A stretch of DNA of 64,000 nt from Eledone cirrhosa (GCA_964016885.1 OZ024756.1:36642001-36706000), one strand, 5' to 3'. Positions 1 to 13,529 are shown, numbered from the stretch's first letter. The notes: generated by a model not told the origin, from the letters alone. Translations and numbers: made by a program.

Positions 1-23
1 TATGTCTGTCAATGTATACAGTT

Positions 24-26
<3 letters not shown>

Positions 27-78
<52 letters not shown>

Positions 79-162
79 TATATAATATATATATATATAT
101 ATAATATATATATATAATATATATATATATATATAATATATATATATATATATAATATATAT

Positions 163-196
<34 letters not shown>

Positions 197-256
197 ATAT
201 ATATATATATAATATATATATATAATATATATATATAATATATATATATAATATAT

Positions 257-299
<43 letters not shown>

Positions 300-918
300 A
301 TATATATATAATATAATATATATATAATATAATATATATATATATATAATATATATATATAATATATATATATATATAATATATATATAATATATATATA
401 TATATAATATATATATATATATAATATATATATATATATAATATATATATATATATAATATATATATATATATAATATATATATATATATAATATATATA
501 TATATATAATATATATATATATATAATATATATATATATATAATATATATATATATATAATATATATATATATATAATATATATATATATATAATATATA
601 TATATATATAATATATATATATATATAATATATATATATATATAATATATATATATATATAATATATATATATATATATAATATATATATATATATATAA
701 TATATATATATATATATAATATATATATATATAATATATATATATATATAATATATATATATATATAATATATATATATATAATATATATATATATATAA
801 TATATATATATATAATATATATATATATATATAATATATATATATATAATATATATATATATAATATATATATATATATAATATATATATATATAATATA
901 TATATATATATATAATAT

Positions 919-988
<70 letters not shown>

Positions 989-1015
989 TATAATATATAT
1001 ATATATATAATATAT

Positions 1016-1080
<65 letters not shown>

Positions 1081-1081
1081 C
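27..1081. repeat. ~1.05 kb interrupted (TA)n microsatellite
   Basis: TA dinucleotide run broken by an extra A roughly every 9-17 nt. Confidence 0.98.
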
Positions 1082-1939
1082 ATTAGGTAGTGAAATAGTG
1101 CCTTCGTTGTATTTTGACTAAATAAATCTTAACTATAATAAAGGAAGGTCTGTGGGACGGCGTCCAGAATATATTTTTATACTCCGTTTGTAAAATAAGT
1201 TGGATTACTTTGAATAAATAATGAATGAATATTACATAATTTATGTGCTAAATTTCGTGGCTGTTGATTAAATATATTTTATAGCTCATTTAAAGATTCA
1301 CTTCTTTAACATTTTCAAATGTCAACACTTCCGGTTAGCTGCCGTTATATTATTACACTTATAAAAATATCACATATATTTACGTCGCTAATTTTCTCCT
1401 AATGCAGTTTATATATTATATCGTCTTTTTTTAAATGTATCATGGATTACTTTACTGATTACAGAAGACAGTGTAACATAGACTTCGTTCAATTTCTGTG
1501 TATATTGGCGACACGATTTTATTTGATCATATCTACATGTATATATACTCATATCTACATGCATCTATATGTGTGTATAATATTAATATACACACTACAC
1601 ATGCTATCAGAAAACCACCCGAGAGGTGGTTTTTCTGCTAGTGAGTCTAAGAATTGGAGTTACAAAGACCCACAAAATGACTAAGCATTGACAAACATGA
1701 TACACAACCCACATCTCTGACTACAACGGCCATTGTTTTACCATTACACCAATACGTTACCCACACAAATTTCCATTCAATTTGAAGCTATGCAATCATA
1801 GCGTATGAATACATATATATAAGATACAAAGATTTTAGTTTTTGTTTACAAACAGCGAAGAATTTGAAACTAGATAGTGAAATAGTGCCTGTGGGTTTTT
1901 ATAACTCCAATTATTAGGCTAATTTATTTAGTCAAAAAT

Positions 1940-2095
1940 ACAACGTATTGGTGTGATGGTAACGCAACGTATTGGTGTAATGGTAACACAACGTATTGGT
2001 GTAATGGTAACACAACGTATTGGTGTAATGGTAAGACAGCGTATTGGTGTAATGGTAAGACAACGTATTGGTGTAAAGGTAAGACAATGGCCGTG
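1940..2095. repeat. 21-bp minisatellite (caacgtattggtgtaatggta-like), ~7 units; paralogous arrays at ~25750-25830 and ~53100-53255
   Basis: Direct tandem repeat seen; it produces the VVLPLHQY and ITPIRC ORFs; unit number differs among the copies. Confidence 0.9.
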
Positions 2096-2129
2096 GTAAC
2101 CAGAGATGTAGATTCGTGTCGCCTGTACG

Positions 2130-2391
2130 TCAATGTTCATTCATTTTTCCATTCTGTAGAAGATACAAAGCGTTTATAAATTTATATATATATACAATCC
2201 TTCTCACTTTATACTGTTTTTCATCAGATGTATCACAAGTCTTGTTAATTATTCCTTCCTGGATTATCTTTCCTTTATCGTAAGATTCTGACACTGAAGA
2301 TGGAGTTCCAATCATAGAATGGGGGTTGGTCTTGTCTGCTGCTGTTGAAATATATACATTTATATACATATATATGTACACACACACATAT

Positions 2392-2429
<38 letters not shown>

Positions 2430-4796
2430 AAGAGAAACGAGCAAACATGAGGATGCCTTAATTTATACATACTCAGAAATAAACATAAACAATTATAGTG
2501 ATAGTTCATGCTCGATGTAGTCTTAACAGAGCTAATTTCTTCCAGAGAAAGAAACCAAGTGAAGTAAGAAAGATCTATAGTGGAATAGTTACCCTAGAAT
2601 TGGGTTAGTAATTTTTTATTGGCTTCGAAAGAAAGCTTACACGAGTCAGCCGGAGAATATACCTTCTCTATTTAAGACTTTTCACTCTTACTTTTATTTA
2701 TTTACCCGAAAATATAATGAAACGTAAAAAACATAAAGAAACGCAAAGAATCTCACCTATATCTGCTTTGTTTTCCACATCTTTGCAGGTATATTGCAGG
2801 GGTCGGCAAAGTGCTCCCAAAACGACAAAGTTCAGAAGTAAACCCGATATAAGGAGTAAGGTACTGGTCAGTCCATAAAACCGTAAGAGATAATCACAAA
2901 TCAAGCTTCCCAGCATTATTCCACACCCTCCTCCACAATTGACCAGTCCTATTGCCAATGCACGCTTCTTATTAAAGTAGAATCCAGTTATAATCAGAAA
3001 GGTAAAATAGGACATTCCAAGAGACACACCTGCAAAATTATGAAAAAAATTTCAAAATTTCAAATTCAGTTTTAGAAAATATTATTAGAATATTACTTGT
3101 GACATTATGACAATAAGTTAAGATAAAAAGGGTTGTATTGTGAGCAAGATGTGACCCTAGAGCCCTTGCTTTACCTTCCTTTTCCGTTTTCATAACTTAT
3201 CCTAATCTGCAATGATGACATGATATTAAATATTAAAGTCTTTACTGTAATACTGCAAATTTCTACACAGATCTATCCATTTATACATTGGTTCTGCCTG
3301 ATTCAATTATCATAGCATTGAGATAAAATAAATGAATAAAACATTATACAAAATAACTTATGACATAAAATGTGTCTAAGATGTTAAATGTATAAACTTA
3401 TGACATAAACTAGTGATATAAAATGATGTAAATATATATTACAGATGAGATATCTTACCTGAAATGAGGCCATATGTTACTATCATCATATCACTACTGG
3501 TAGAAAATACTCCCAAAATGGCTCCTGTGAATCCAATAAGTCCTGATAATATCAACACTGTCCTATGACTAAAGTAAGCCAACAAAATACTGGCAACTGG
3601 AGCTGAAGATATAATATGATAAAGAATAATAAGTATAGTCGTGTGGATAGGATGACATGGTTTGGTTTACGGCATGAAATGGAGACTGCAATATATGTTT
3701 CGAACAGGTCTCTCCACCCAAGACCTGGAAGCCTCCCTTGTTAACCCACGTGAAGCTCGGTGCGGTATGATTTTTCTTTCTTTTCTTCACCATATTGCAG
3801 TTTTGATAGTTTTATTCACGTCAGTCACCAATTTGGTACTTTGTCAAACCCGCGAAGACTGAGCTTATTTAGAGGCGGCCTTTACTTGCCTCATCGCAGC
3901 TACGTTCCTGGGTTGTGAGATATTGTAAGACAGGATAGTTTGTTTGGAACGAAGAAAAACAAAATGTATCTAAATATATTATTAAATATGCTTGGCGGGC
4001 ACGCAAGAATAAGAACATGTTTTTTCCTGTAGCATATCACATGAACGGAAACTCATCCGAAGAAATCCCACCTATACCAGCAACAAATGCATCTTGGATT
4101 GCATATGGGCCGCCATAGAAATTATAATCAATAAACGCTTTATGTAAACAGCATCTTTCTTGTAAATGTTATTCTTATATATAAGAAGCTTTCGTCATAT
4201 TTTTTTACTAAAGAAAATTTAGAACCCCTCTAAAAATTGTAAAAGATGAGTATCGACGTACATGGGAGTTGAACCCACATCTCTGGTTATCCAAACCACT
4301 GTTCTACAATTACACCAACACATAACCCATCCATATCCATTGCCATTTCTTAGAGGGCTCTAAACTCCACTATCAGGCTAAAATACTCCCTTTCTCTATA
4401 ATCATGAAAATGTTGACCCAGTTGACCCAGTTAACTCAGTGACCCAGTGGGACTCAGCCTAGCATTTAATTGTTCCAATGAATGAAATTATTAAAAAGAA
4501 AATAAGTAAAAATTACAAAGGTAAAAACATGAAACTTTACCTGCAAGTAAACTAAGTCCACTTATCAGAGCTCCAACTAAGGACAGTTTCCCCACGGATT
4601 CCTCATAAAAGATTCTTTTGAGGCTAACGAGAAATATTCCCATAGAACTCGTTAAACCAACAACAATAAAATAGGCACAGGCTGCAGCAAAACATACCAC
4701 CCATCCCCAACCTCCATCTGGTATCACTGGTTCTTTTTGGTGGCAATTTTTCACATCTTTAACAATTGTTTCTTGTTTTGTCAATTGAGAGGGCAT
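2130..4796 (-). CDS. SLC16/monocarboxylate transporter-like gene, copy A (N-terminal half, TM1-6; predicted 276 aa). Exons 4796-4541, 3602-3459, 3029-2757, 2341-2208, 2153-2130
   Basis: PDGGWGWVV MCT signature and YFNKKRALAIG motif; GT-AG introns with consistent phases (1,1,1,0); exon sizes 256/144/273/134/24 nt with no internal stop. The last exon (NGKMNEH*) is the least certain. Confidence 0.8.
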
Positions 4797-5744
4797 GTTG
4801 GGAAGGTATTTTACTGAAAATATTTGAGAAAACAACAAAAACAAAAAAACATTATTTTGTGGTGGATTGTCAAAATCAGTAGAACGTCGGACAACATGCT
4901 TAGTGGCATAGAGTTATGGCCTATTAAGTTCTTCTAGATATACATACATTTATATATAACTATAATCGCATTCACACAAATACACATATTTTCACACAAA
5001 CACATACATTCCCACAAACACATACATTCACACAAATATACATACTTTCACACAAACACCTACATTCCCACAAACTGATTTTTTTCTTCTAATGTATAAA
5101 GAACAATTTCATTCCCCGGCAACGCCGAGTGCCTCTGCAGGCTTGTTAAAAAATGGATAAACATTAACTGATCAAGAAACAATAGATCAATAAATTGATT
5201 ATAGATTATATTGATTATCTTAACGTTACCTTGTGAATAAGAAGATAGAGTTGAAGTTACGTAGAGAGGAACCTGGTGTTGCTTCAAAGTTGATATCCTA
5301 CCAGGTTTTCATCTGTGTCTGTTTAGATAAACAGTCATTATCCTGTTGTGTATTTAAAGCATTTGTATGTGAATGTAACTATTCCATATTTAATTAATAG
5401 GCTTAATTATTTGATTTGCTTGTGCGTGTAGTTTAATTTATTCCAAATGATATTTACTCTCAGTATTTAAATATTATTGAGATAATTTCGTGAGAGTACA
5501 TTAGTTATGTACGTTTATCTTTTATGTTGACATAAGCAAGGCTTTGTAGCTGCAACTCCCGCTGTAGTATAAAGCTTAATGGTCACCAAAGCTTTGAGAA
5601 TAAATACTTATAAATATTCCTGTAACATCTTCAGACCAGTCAAATCTCCCCGTTCGACGGGGAGATATCCAACCCACTTTGGGGTGGGTGAGAGATGTCT
5701 TCTCTTGTGAGAATGGGTATCTAAGTCTAAAGACTAAAGTCTGT

Positions 5745-5950
5745 TTTAAGCCAAAAGGCTCATTGGGCTGGTGCTTATCCCAATTTCATGGCGAGAAGCG
5801 AGTGAGTGTTCAAGACAACCTCCTGGACAGGACGCCAGTTCGTCGCAGGGTTTAAACCCCAGCTATTGCTGGTACCCATTTTCAGCTGAGTATACTGGAG
5901 CAACGTAAAATAAAGTGTTTTGCTGAAGGACACAACACGCAACCCAGTCC
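5745..5950 (+). mobile_element. SINE-like interspersed repeat (partial paralog at ~29890-30075)
   Basis: gctggtacccattttcagctgag...aagtgttttgctgaaggacacaac motif, recalled from mollusc SINEs; related to 21830-21950. Confidence 0.55.
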
Positions 5951-5952
5951 AG

Positions 5953-6720
5953 TAATTTCCACAATCATTCTTGTTACCCTTTCCCTTGTACAAGACCACC
6001 ATTATTGCATCTCTCCAGTCCTCGGGTACGGATTCACTAGCCCATATCCTGCCAAACAAAGAGTGAAGATGTTGCAGCACTCTCTCACCACCATATTGTA
6101 AAAGCTCTGCATGTATGCCATCCATACCTGAAAACCTTCCACTGTTCAGCTTCGAGATAGCTACTGCAACCTCCACAACCGTTGGTGGTTCTGCGAGAGT
6201 TACTTTCACAGGTTTTTTAGGAATCTTCATTGACAACAGACGGCTGATTCAAAAGTTCATCAAAGTGCTCTCGCTATCTTTGCAGAATTCCTAGTGACTC
6301 ACGAAGAAGTTCCTTGCCATCTTTGCTGCGAAGCGGTGTCACCAGAGAAGAAAACGGTCCATAAACTTCACGCAAGAGACTTTATGTTATTGGAATCTGA
6401 TGCAGCTTGTATCTCATCAGCCTTCTCACTCCACCACTTATCCTTCATCTGAGAAAGACTCCGCCTAACACGTGATTTCACATCCTTGAGTTCCTTATGC
6501 AACATATTCTTCTCCTGTGGTTTTGCTGCCAAGTAGTGTGACAGAACACGCCTCTTATCAACCAATAAGTCATCTATATGTTCATCATTCTCATTAGACC
6601 AGTTTTGATGTTTTCTCTGCACCAATCCTAGAACATGCCTACCTACATCATAACCCGACTTTTTAAGGGTCGGCCAATCCTCACAAAGATCTGCAACATG
6701 CATCTCTTCTCGCAATGTCC
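5953..6720 (-). mobile_element. RTE-clade LINE ORF fragments (region between endonuclease and RT, plus RT N-terminus)
   Basis: GMDGIHAELLQYGG, VPEDWRDAIMVVLYKGKGNKNDCGNY, WWSEKADEIQAASD; broken reading frames. Confidence 0.88.
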
Positions 6721-7494
6721 TCTCAGCTCCAGGATGAGCACGAACACACTGCACATCCCGTCTGTGGCAAGAAGGGCAGGGGCCCCAGGGTATCACAGCC
6801 TGCGCTCGCTCATCATCGTGCCACTGTAATAGAGCCAAACAAGGCATTTAATATTGGATGCTAGAACATACGGTCGCTACTTGACAGGGATTCCTCGGAA
6901 CGTCCTGAACGAAGGACCGCTCTTGTTGCAAAGCAGCTTCGACGTTACGATCTTGACATCGTATCTTTATCTGAGACGAAGTTGAGCTGGAGATGGTCAT
7001 CTTACAGAATTTTGTGGAGAATATACATTCAGCTGGAAAGGAAGAGATGAAGGAACCAGAAGAGAGGCTGGGGTAGCATTTGCTGTTAAGACTGCTCTTG
7101 TGGATAAATTAGAAGAATTCCCAGTGGGGATTAGTGAGCGTCTTATGTCCATGAGAATTCCGCTGGACAAAGGAAGATATGCGACTCTGGTGATGCTCCA
7201 ACTATGAATTCTGTCGATGAAGAAAAAGTGTCTTTTTATTATGCATTGAAAGGTGTTTTAAGAAATATCCCTTAGGCAAACAAGGTCATCGTGCTTGGTG
7301 ACTTTAATGCTAGAGTGGGTAGGGATTTTAACACATGGAATGTAATCGTAAGGCATGGCGTGGGAAAGTGTAACAACAACGGTATGCTCCTGTTGCAAAT
7401 GTGTGGGGAGTTGGATCTGTGTGTTACCAACACCATGTTCCAGCAAAAGAACAAATTTAAGACCACATGGATGCATCCTGCATCTAAGGAATGA
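6721..7494 (+). mobile_element. RTE-clade LINE 5' region with degraded AP endonuclease
   Basis: [65 protein letters not shown]; stops and frameshifts. Confidence 0.88.
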
Positions 7495-7506
7495 TGTCTT
7501 TTCGAT

Positions 7507-7537
<31 letters not shown>

Positions 7538-8330
7538 CACATATATGCTCGTAACTTACGTTTCAATTATCCAAAACAAGAATAATTTTAGCCATACGTA
7601 CTCAATATCTGTTTGACACACAGTGTCTAACAACAGAATGTTTTAAGACGGCATGTCTGACATATATGCGTAGCATGTGAAAAATAAATTCAAGGCGTTT
7701 CGCTAGCCGTGGTGATCCCTGCCAAACATCTTTTGTAATGTATCGTCTTATTGGTTAATTTCAACGCCTTATTGGCTAATCAATCAATGAGAGTAATTGT
7801 TGCTCAAAAGCATCCGCCACTTTGTTTGCACGTTTATTTATCGTTTCGCTTTCGAATCTTCCTCCTGTATTTCGTCGTTTATCATCAAAATATTTTTCTC
7901 GTTTTGGTAAGTTATATTATTAATTTATATATGATTTTTTAAATTTATATTAACTATTTTTTTTTCAGTTCGGTATAACATGCTTATAATATTTGTTGTA
8001 TCATATTTACTTGTATATTTATCCATATTATTGTTCGTTTTATGTTAGATTATTTTTTTATTATTATGTTAGACTATGTATGTAATATTTAATTTTTATT
8101 AATTCAACTATAACAATTATTATGTAAAATATATTTATTTAATTTTGATTGTTTTTTGTAGTTGTTTATATTAAAAGTCTGAAAATATTTTTATACATCT
8201 TACAATAATATTTATAAGATCATTTATATAATAACATAATCTACTTACATTACAACGATAATTTATTATTAATATATATATATCATGTTTAACTAGAGTT
8301 ATTACAATTGTTGCCTTAAAAAAATATTAA

Positions 8331-8776
8331 ACTAGACCTGAAAAATGCGCAAGCTCAAAAGAGCCACAGAATGTTATAATAAACCTTCAAAAGTGTGGGA
8401 CTAGAGTCGTTGCTCAAAAATATTGTAATCATTATCTATCGTACACTCTGTGGCATCCTTTTATAAAAAAGAGACTCATAACGAACTCAAGACGACACGA
8501 TAATTATTTAAGTGAATTTATAATATAGAATTCGGTTTAAGTGCATATCGTATTAATCATTACTAAACATCTAATATGAGATATTGAACATTAGCTTAAA
8601 TAATTATCGTGTGTTCTTGAGTTCGTTATGAGTCTCTTTTTTATAAAAGGGTTCCACAGAGTGTACGATAGATAATGATTACAATATTTTTAAGCACCAA
8701 CTCTAGTCCCACACTTTTGAAGGTTTATTATAACATTCTGTGGCTGTTTTGAGCTTGCGTATTTTTCAGGTCTAGT
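8331..8776. repeat. Fold-back element: ~180-bp inverted arms with ~80-bp spacer (copies ~33978-34423 and ~40768-41213; partial arm ~63832-63970)
   Basis: actagacctgaaaaatgcgcaagctcaaaa...ataattatttaag is the near reverse complement of cttaaataattat...tttttcaggtctagt. Confidence 0.88.
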
Positions 8777-9109
8777 ATATAATTCAACATTTGTCAATTT
8801 TGAGCACTTAGCGTTTCTTAGTTTTGAAGCTACTAAAAGTTTTGTGATGGAAACATTATGGCTGTTACTGTACATGCATATGAAATTATGTTTTCACACG
8901 AATTTATCTCATGTTATTGAGAATGTACTTTACAAAATGATAGCAGGTTTAACAAGTAGAAACCAAATGATAGCAGGTTTAACAAGTTGAAAATTAGATC
9001 ATAAATTATTTAATAAAATACACTAGATATAAAACAATGACAATTTAGTTTATAACCATATTGAACTCTACCAGGCTCCTCTCTAACATATCATAAAATA
9101 ATTTCTCAT

Positions 9110-9470
9110 TACTATTCGGAAAACTTGAAAAGATAGTGTGGGTGGATCATGGCATCGATATCAAGGCCTGCATTCCGAGTGCTGTGTTGTATTCTTCGGA
9201 GACGTGGACAGTACATCGTAGACACCTTAATTTGATTGAACACTTTAATCAAAAATGTTTAAGACGAATCCCAAACATGAAATGGCAACTCACAAATCCT
9301 TATAGATGCTGGTTGCACGAGCATTGATCTACCATCATATCTTCTGAAATACGTTGGGTAGGCCATGTTGTGCGCATGAATGAGGAAAGACTCCCAAAAC
9401 TATTTTACAAACAATTGCACTCTGGGAAACGCCCTCAAATGAGGCAAAATGGGGAGATTTTACATAATGA
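9110..9470 (+). mobile_element. RTE LINE 3' ORF remnant (copies ~32800-33180, 34760-35135, 41515-41890, 61080-61455)
   Basis: LYSSETWTVHRRHL..EHFNQKCLRRI, RWVGHVVRMNEERLPK.LFY..L.SGKR are post-RT RTE motifs. Confidence 0.85.
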
Positions 9471-10482
9471 AGGCTATACCCATTTTCACAAGAGAAGATA
9501 TCTCTCACCCACCCCAAAATGGGTTGGATATCTCCATGTCGGATGGGGAGATTTGACTGGTCTGAAGATGTTACATGAATATTTATAAGTATTCATTCTC
9601 AAAGTTTTGGTGACCTTTAAGCTATAGTGACCTTTGGTGAGCTTTATACTACAACGGGAGTTGCAACTACGAAGTCTTGCTTATGTCAGCATAAAGATAA
9701 AACTTACTTAACTAATGTACTCTCACGAAATAATATTTAAATACTGAGAGTAAATATAATTGGAATAAATTAAATTATATACACACTCAAATAAATAATT
9801 AAGGTTATTAATTCAACACGTAAGGCTTTCTTAGAGAAATGATCACAACAAGATAATGACTGTTTATCTAAACAGAAACAGATGAAAACCTAGTAAGATA
9901 TCAACTTTGAAGCAACACCAGATTCCTCTTTACGTAACTTCAACTCTATCTTCTTATTCACAAGGTAATGTTGTGATAATCTATATAATCTATAATCTAT
10001 TTATTGATATATTGCTTCTTGATCACATAATGTTTATCCATTTTATAACAAACTAACAGAGGCACCCGGCGTTGCCCGGGAATGAAGTTGTTCCTTATAT
10101 ATTAGAAGAAAAAATCAGTTTGTGGGAATGTATGTGTTTGTGTGAAAGTATGTGTACTTGTGTGAATGTATGTATGTGTTTGTGTGAAAGTATGTGTATT
10201 TATGTGAATGTATGTATGTGTTTGTGTGAACGTATGTGTATTTGTGTGAATATATGTCATTTTGTGTGTCTGTGTTTGTGCGATTATAGTTATATACTCA
10301 TACATATAAATGTATGTATATCCAAATGAACGTAAAAGGCGATAACTCTATGCTGCTAAGCATGTTGTCCAACGCTCTACTGATTTTGCCAATCCACCGC
10401 CCTACCTTCCACCACAAAATAATAACGTTTTCTTTTGTTTTTGTTGTTTTCTCAAATATTTTCAGTAAAATACCTTCCCAAC

Positions 10483-12658
10483 ATGCCCTCTCAATCGACA
10501 AAACAAGAAACAATTGTTAAAGATGTGGAAAAATTACCACCAGAGGGAACCAGTGATACCAGATGGAGGTTGGGGGTGGGTGGTATGTTTTGCTGCAGCC
10601 TGTGCCTATTTTATTTTTGTTAGTTTAACGAGTTCTATAGGAATATTTCTCGTTAGCCTCAAAAGAATCTTTTATGAGGAATCCGTGGGGAAACTGTCCT
10701 TAGTTGGAGCTCTGATAAATGGACTTAATTTACTTGCATGTAAAGTTTCATGTCTTTACCTTTGTAATTTTTACTTATTTTCTTTTTACCAATTTCATTC
10801 ATTGGAACAATTAAATGCTGGGCTGGGTCACACTGGGTTATTGGGTCAACTGGGTCGACTGGGTCAACTGAGTCAACACCTTCATGATTATATATAGAGA
10901 GAGTATTTTAGCCTGATAGTGGGGTTTAGAGCCCTCTAAGAAATGGCAAAAGATGATTGACGTACATTCAAACTCGCTTGCTGTTTCATAAATACTTATT
11001 TGTCATTATACTTGATCAGAATGTAGCTTATAATTTGATTGGAAGGAAATGGATGGGTTATGTGTTGGTGTAATGGTAGCACAGTGGTCTGAATAACCAA
11101 GGTTGTGGGTTTAACTCCAATGTCAATACTCATCTTTTACCATTTCTTAGAGGGTTCTAAACCCCACTATCAGGCCAAATTTTCTTTAGTAAAAACATAC
11201 GACGAAAGCTTCTTATATATAAAAATAACATTTACAAGAAAGATGCTATTTACATAAAGCGTTTATTCATTATAATTATTTCTATGGCGGCCCATATGGA
11301 ATCCAAGATGCAGTAGTTGCATTCGTTGTTGGTATAGGTGGGATTTCCTCAGATGAGTTTCCGTTTATGTGATATGCTACAGGAAAAAACATGTTCTTCG
11401 TCTTGCAAGCCCAATAAGCATATTTAATAACATATTTAGATACATTTTATTTTTCTTCGTTCCAAACAAACTATCCCTGCCTTACAATATCTCACAACCC
11501 AGGAACGTAGCTGCGATGAGGCAAGTAAAGGCCGCCTCTAAATAAGCTCAGTCTTCGCGGGTTTGACAAAGTACCAAATTGGTGACTGACGTGAATAAAA
11601 CTATCGAAACTGCAATATGGTGAAGAAAACAAGAAAAATCATACCGCACCGTGCTTCGCGTGGGTTAACAAGGGAGGCTTCCAGGTCTTGGGTGGAGAGA
11701 CCTGTTCGAAACATATATTGCAGTCTCCATTTCATGCCGTAAACCAAACCATGTCATCCTATCCACACGACTATACTTATTATTCTTTATCATATTATAT
11801 CTCCAGCTCCAGTTGCCGGTATTTTGTTGGCTTATTTTAGTCATAGGACAGTGTTGATAATAGCAGGACTTATTGGATTCACAGGAGCCATTTTAGGAGT
11901 ATTTTCTACCAGTAGTGATATGATGATAGTAACATATGGCCTCATTTCAGGTAAGATATCTCATCTGTAATATATATATACATCATTTTATATCACTAGT
12001 TTATGTCATAAGTTTATACATTTAACATCTTAGACACATTTTATGTCATAAGTTATTTTGTATAATGTTTTATTCATTTATTTTATCTCAATGCTATGAT
12101 AATTGAATCAGGCAGAACCAATGTATAAATGGATAGATCTGTGTAGAAATATGCAGTATTACAGTAAAGACTTTAATATTTAATGTCATGTCATCATTGC
12201 AGATTAGGATGTTAAGTTATGAAAACGGAAAAGGAAGGTAAAGCAAGGGCTCTAGGGTCACATCTTGCTCACAATACAACCCTTTTTATCTTAACTTATT
12301 GTCATAATGTCACAAGTAATATTCTAATAATATTTTCTAAAACTGAATCCTAGAAGAAATTGGAAATTTTTTCATAATTTTGCAGGTGTGTCTCTTGGAA
12401 TGTCCTTTTTTACCTTTCTGATTATAACTGGATTCTACTTTAATAAGAAGCGTGCATTGGCCATAGGACTGGTCAATTGTGGAGGAGGGTGTGGAATAAT
12501 GCTGGGAAGCTTGATTTGTGATTATCTCTTACGGTTTTATGGACTGACCAGTACCTTACTCCTTATATCGGGTTTACTTCTGAACTTTGTCGTTTTGGGA
12601 GCACTTTGCCGACCCCTGCAATATACCTGCACAGATGTTGAAAACAAAGCAGAAATAG
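10483..12658 (+). pseudogene. SLC16-like copy B: exons 10483-10739, 11807-11950, 12386-12658
   Basis: Inverted paralog of copy A; 1-nt insertion (gatgtggaaaa) frameshifts exon 1; exon-3 donor replaced by a hairpin; no exon 4. Confidence 0.85.
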
Positions 12659-12735
12659 TACTTCCGTATTAGACTCATTTATTTAGTAAAAAATAAATGA
12701 GCTTAATACGGAAGTACTATTTCACTACCTAACAC

Positions 12736-12771
<36 letters not shown>

Positions 12772-12775
<4 letters not shown>

Positions 12776-12880
12776 AAAGCGTATGAGACCGACGGCAGAG
12801 CTCAAGCCGTTTCGACGGCTATTTCTGGACTGCGTCGAAACGGCTTGAGCTCTGCCGTCGGGGTCACACTTTTTCCTATT
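12772..12880. repeat. GC-rich hairpin repeat (copy ~37790-37885; single arm ~59754-59815)
   Basis: ccgacggcagagctcaagccgtttcgacg / cgtcgaaacggcttgagctctgccgtcgg form a perfect inverted pair. Confidence 0.88.
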
Positions 12881-12963
12881 TCCCACTCTACTACCCTAAG
12901 CACTACATAAAATAATAGGTGTAAGTCAAACGTGTTAAAGTTGGTTTCTTTTATTCTAATTCG

Positions 12964-13016
12964 CTGCTATATACATTTCAGTGACAGCCATTACATGCTG
13001 TGATCTCATCAGGCAG
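12964..13016 (-). ncRNA. Minimal type I hammerhead ribozyme motif
   Basis: Minus strand: cugc CUGAUGA gauc-acagc-auguaaug-gcugu-cacu GAAA uguaua UA gcag; base of stem II imperfect. Confidence 0.55.
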
Positions 13017-13132
13017 TAAGAATTAAGGCAGAAAAAACAGGAAAACATTATGTTGTAATGTGTTCTACCATGTTAATTCATTGATAAGTCCAGCTCCTGG
13101 GTGTGTTGTTAGTTCTCAAAGGAACTGGAATC

Positions 13133-13184
<52 letters not shown>

Positions 13185-13529
13185 CAATATATATATACAC
13201 ACATACAAATAGATACACATACATATCAAAACACAAACACACATACATATCAATTCAGATATGTGTATTAAATATCAACATAAACATACATATCATTATA
13301 TAGACACATATATAGCATTATAGGCCTATAAGATATAGATAAAAGAAACATATTTATAGATACACAAATATCAATACATACAAATGTATACCAATGTAGA
13401 CACAAATACCAACATGGCCATACTTATATACCAATATAGACACATATATATAATATAGATATATTCTCACACATGCAGACACACACACACCAAGTGTCAT
13501 ATGTTCTTATGTCAAGACCCTTCATTACT

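Noticed and set aside
22-1083. 353-aa YI-rich ORF, and similar CV/HT/YI ORFs at 22686-23129, 42494-43133 and 62033-62798
   Set aside because: These are translations of micro- and minisatellites that lack stop codons, not genes.
1442-1684. Recurrent MDYFTDYRRQ ORF (also 15878, 25253, 46177, 52605)
   Set aside because: It is part of an interspersed AT-rich repeat found in both orientations, including inside an intron, and the frames diverge between copies.
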